A stretch of 46,063 nt of DNA from a virus. The translations under genes were made by a program, and so were the position numbers. The DNA lies in the IMG/VR virus record IMGVR_UViG_3300021077_000115, positions 1 through 46,063 of that record. One strand, written 5' to 3'. Within the stretch, counting starts at the first letter, position 1; every line of letters starts with the position of its first letter. The notes beneath the pieces are model-generated. The model did not search any database. It saw nothing but the letters and a program-made list of their open reading frames with translations, and had not been told where the DNA came from. This document shows, one piece after another, positions 44,401 to 46,063 of the stretch.

Positions 44401-45230
44401 AGTGCCACGCTCCTGCGACGACAGACAATTAATGAAGCATCATCACGAGCAATACCAGCCCGTGCGTCAGCGCAAAGACCTCCATTGAATACCATGATTC
44501 GGCGGCGCACCGCCTCCTTGTCGTCGAAGTATTGATCGCCAGTCCAGAACTGACTGAGCGGGCCAACCAACTCCTCCTTAGGAATGCGGCTCCCAATCTG
44601 CTTTTTGGGGATTAGCTTTCCCTCTGCAACACGAATGTCCTTGAGCCCATCTGAGCCGAGCAAGAAGTGATCAACCTCGGAGGTTGGAAGCTGTAGCATT
44701 ATTTCGATGTCAGGACGAATCGAACTGCTTATTAAGTTGTAGCCGAGATACTCTGGGCGATTCCCCTCAGGTGTTTTGATTGGGATCTCTTCTCCATTAA
44801 CAATCAGCACTCCATCCCCGGCACGGAAGAATGTGGTTTGTTCATCAGTCATCACAAAACCGATTATCGTGAAAAAGAAATACTCGATAATCAATGAGTT
44901 GTAATCTTCATTAACTGACCATACTGACTGTGCAATATTGCCAACCCTAGCTATTATATCATCCTTGATTGTAGACCAATCAACCTCAGTACACAAACTT
45001 GCCGATGATAAATACTCTGTTGATATTACATCTGTTGCGATGTTGACACCAAGCTGCGCTCCAACTTCTGTGTGCTCCCCAGTTCCACATCCATCAGCGC
45101 AAACGCCAACAACAACAGTATTATCATCAGAGGTTTTTCTGAAGACGCGAACAGCATCTTGACAGTTTGTTCTAATGTACCGATGATCGGCTCCCTGAAG
45201 AACTCCAGATGCGAATTCATGATTTGACAT
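44397..45230 (-). CDS. PP2C-family Ser/Thr phosphatase-like protein.
   Basis: GVCADGCGTGEHTEVGAQLG resembles DGMGGHxxGE. LLGSDGLKD is GSDGL-like. The C-terminal ARDDASLIV is DDxT/S-like. Confidence 0.5.
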   Translation of the reverse strand: MSNHEFASGVLQGADHRYIRTNCQDAVRVFRKTSDDNTVVVGVCADGCGTGEHTEVGAQLGVNIATDVISTEYLSSASLCTEVDWSTIKDDIIARVGNIAQSVWSVNEDYNSLIIEYFFFTIIGFVMTDEQTTFFRAGDGVLIVNGEEIPIKTPEGNRPEYLGYNLISSSIRPDIEIMLQLPTSEVDHFLLGSDGLKDIRVAEGKLIPKKQIGSRIPKEELVGPLSQFWTGDQYFDDKEAVRRRIMVFNGGLCADARAGIARDDASLIVCRRRSVAL

Positions 45231-45298
45231 CTGCCAAGTAATACATTTAATCAGTGATAAAAGTCAAGACAAAATGTCTGTTCGGCCACTAGTTCTGA

Positions 45299-45982
45299 CT
45301 AAACAAACGGGTCTGAGCCTGGATTCTTTTCATCATCGCGCCGCTCCACGCAGCACGCGCACTCGCCAGTCCCTTCGCGCTCTGGGCAATGCTCGCACCT
45401 ACACCCACTAAACTCTCCGGGTGGCGGGAAGAATTTGTTACCAGAAGATTTGTTGATTTTCCATTCGGCCGGAACGAAAAGTTCGCACTCTGTTAAAGTG
45501 GTCTTGAGCTTGAAGCCCACCGTACAGACGCCGGTCCACCAAGGGGTTGCCGTAGAGTGAAATGGAGATGATGGTATGCAATGAATGCAGGTCTCGCACG
45601 GCGCATTGGTTGGAATGTGCCCGATAAAGCTCATGGGAGTTTTCTTCTGGGCTCGCAGATCGTCAACACAATCCTGAGCGGTTTGAACGCACTCATCGCA
45701 GATGTTGACCATAGGTCCAGCCACGAGGGCTTCGCAGTCTGCGCCCGAGCGCCCACAGAACGAACAACAGAAAACCGATGAACGCTTATCTTCCTTTGAT
45801 AACTTAACGTTAACCTCAACCAAACAGAGTGTGTCTTCAACATTGGCAAGGCAACGCCAAGTTCCATCATCCATCTGAGTAGCTTTGCCGATGTAAGTAA
45901 TATCGTGATTAGGATCCTTCATCCCATCGACATCTATTTCAACCTTATCAGGAATTGTATCAGGAATTTTCATATCATACAC
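45299..45982 (-). CDS. Cys-rich hypothetical protein (227 aa).
   Basis: Multiple CxxC clusters (CDECV, CETCIHC, CRCEHC, CACC). Confidence 0.4.
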   Translation of the reverse strand: MYDMKIPDTIPDKVEIDVDGMKDPNHDITYIGKATQMDDGTWRCLANVEDTLCLVEVNVKLSKEDKRSSVFCCSFCGRSGADCEALVAGPMVNICDECVQTAQDCVDDLRAQKKTPMSFIGHIPTNAPCETCIHCIPSSPFHSTATPWWTGVCTVGFKLKTTLTECELFVPAEWKINKSSGNKFFPPPGEFSGCRCEHCPEREGTGECACCVERRDDEKNPGSDPFV

Positions 45983-46063
45983 TTTGGTTATAGTCGAGAG
46001 GATTTAATGAGCTTCATTAAATAAATGGTGAAATATATCAGATTATCACAAGAACAAACAGCT

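Overview
The window is mosaic. About 44.5 kb of low-GC DNA (~38-42% GC) is densely packed with genes and is flanked on the left by a ~1.4 kb high-GC segment (~68% GC).

The low-GC body looks like a large dsDNA bacteriophage accessory region. Many starts have Shine-Dalgarno-like sites, for example GGAGG 7 nt before the thyA ATG and AAGGAG before 14369. A lipobox signal peptide (LVMAC) opens the gene at 30503. The body also carries a peptidoglycan hydrolase, three freestanding homing endonucleases (GIY-YIG, HNH-AP2 and HNH), ATGA-type start/stop overlaps, and an adjacent thymidylate synthase (ThyA) / dihydrofolate reductase pair.

Three things stand out most.

- **Cas-like operon (1570..8911, minus strand).** It reads, in order, ATPase-HExxH protease, a 158-aa GC-rich ORF, Cas3 (HD nuclease plus DExH helicase with clear motifs), two Cascade-sized proteins, and a Cas6e/f-like protein with a C-terminal GhGxxxxxGhG loop. 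I find no cas1/cas2, no Cas8-like large subunit and no CRISPR array anywhere in the window.
- **NAD+ and signalling cluster (36515..45982, minus strand).** It encodes a glutamine-dependent NAD+ synthetase, a nicotinate/nicotinamide phosphoribosyltransferase-family protein, an isochorismatase/nicotinamidase-like hydrolase, and a vWA - Ser/Thr-kinase-like - PP2C-like triad. This is plausibly a phage NAD+ reconstitution or counter-defence module.
- **Elevated-GC islands inside the low-GC body.** These are the 158-aa ORF next to cas3, a Panacea-domain toxin-antitoxin-like pair, the C-terminal half of a repeat-containing lipoprotein, and a 300-bp ORF-free spacer. They suggest repeated horizontal acquisition.

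Other features include a coiled-coil gene split by an apparent frameshift, tandem paralogs, a 36-bp tandem repeat, an S53 sedolisin-like peptidase with a Pro-Thr linker, a pyruvoyl S-adenosylmethionine decarboxylase, and glycosyl/pyruvyl transferases.

All calls rest on motif recognition by eye. No searches were run.
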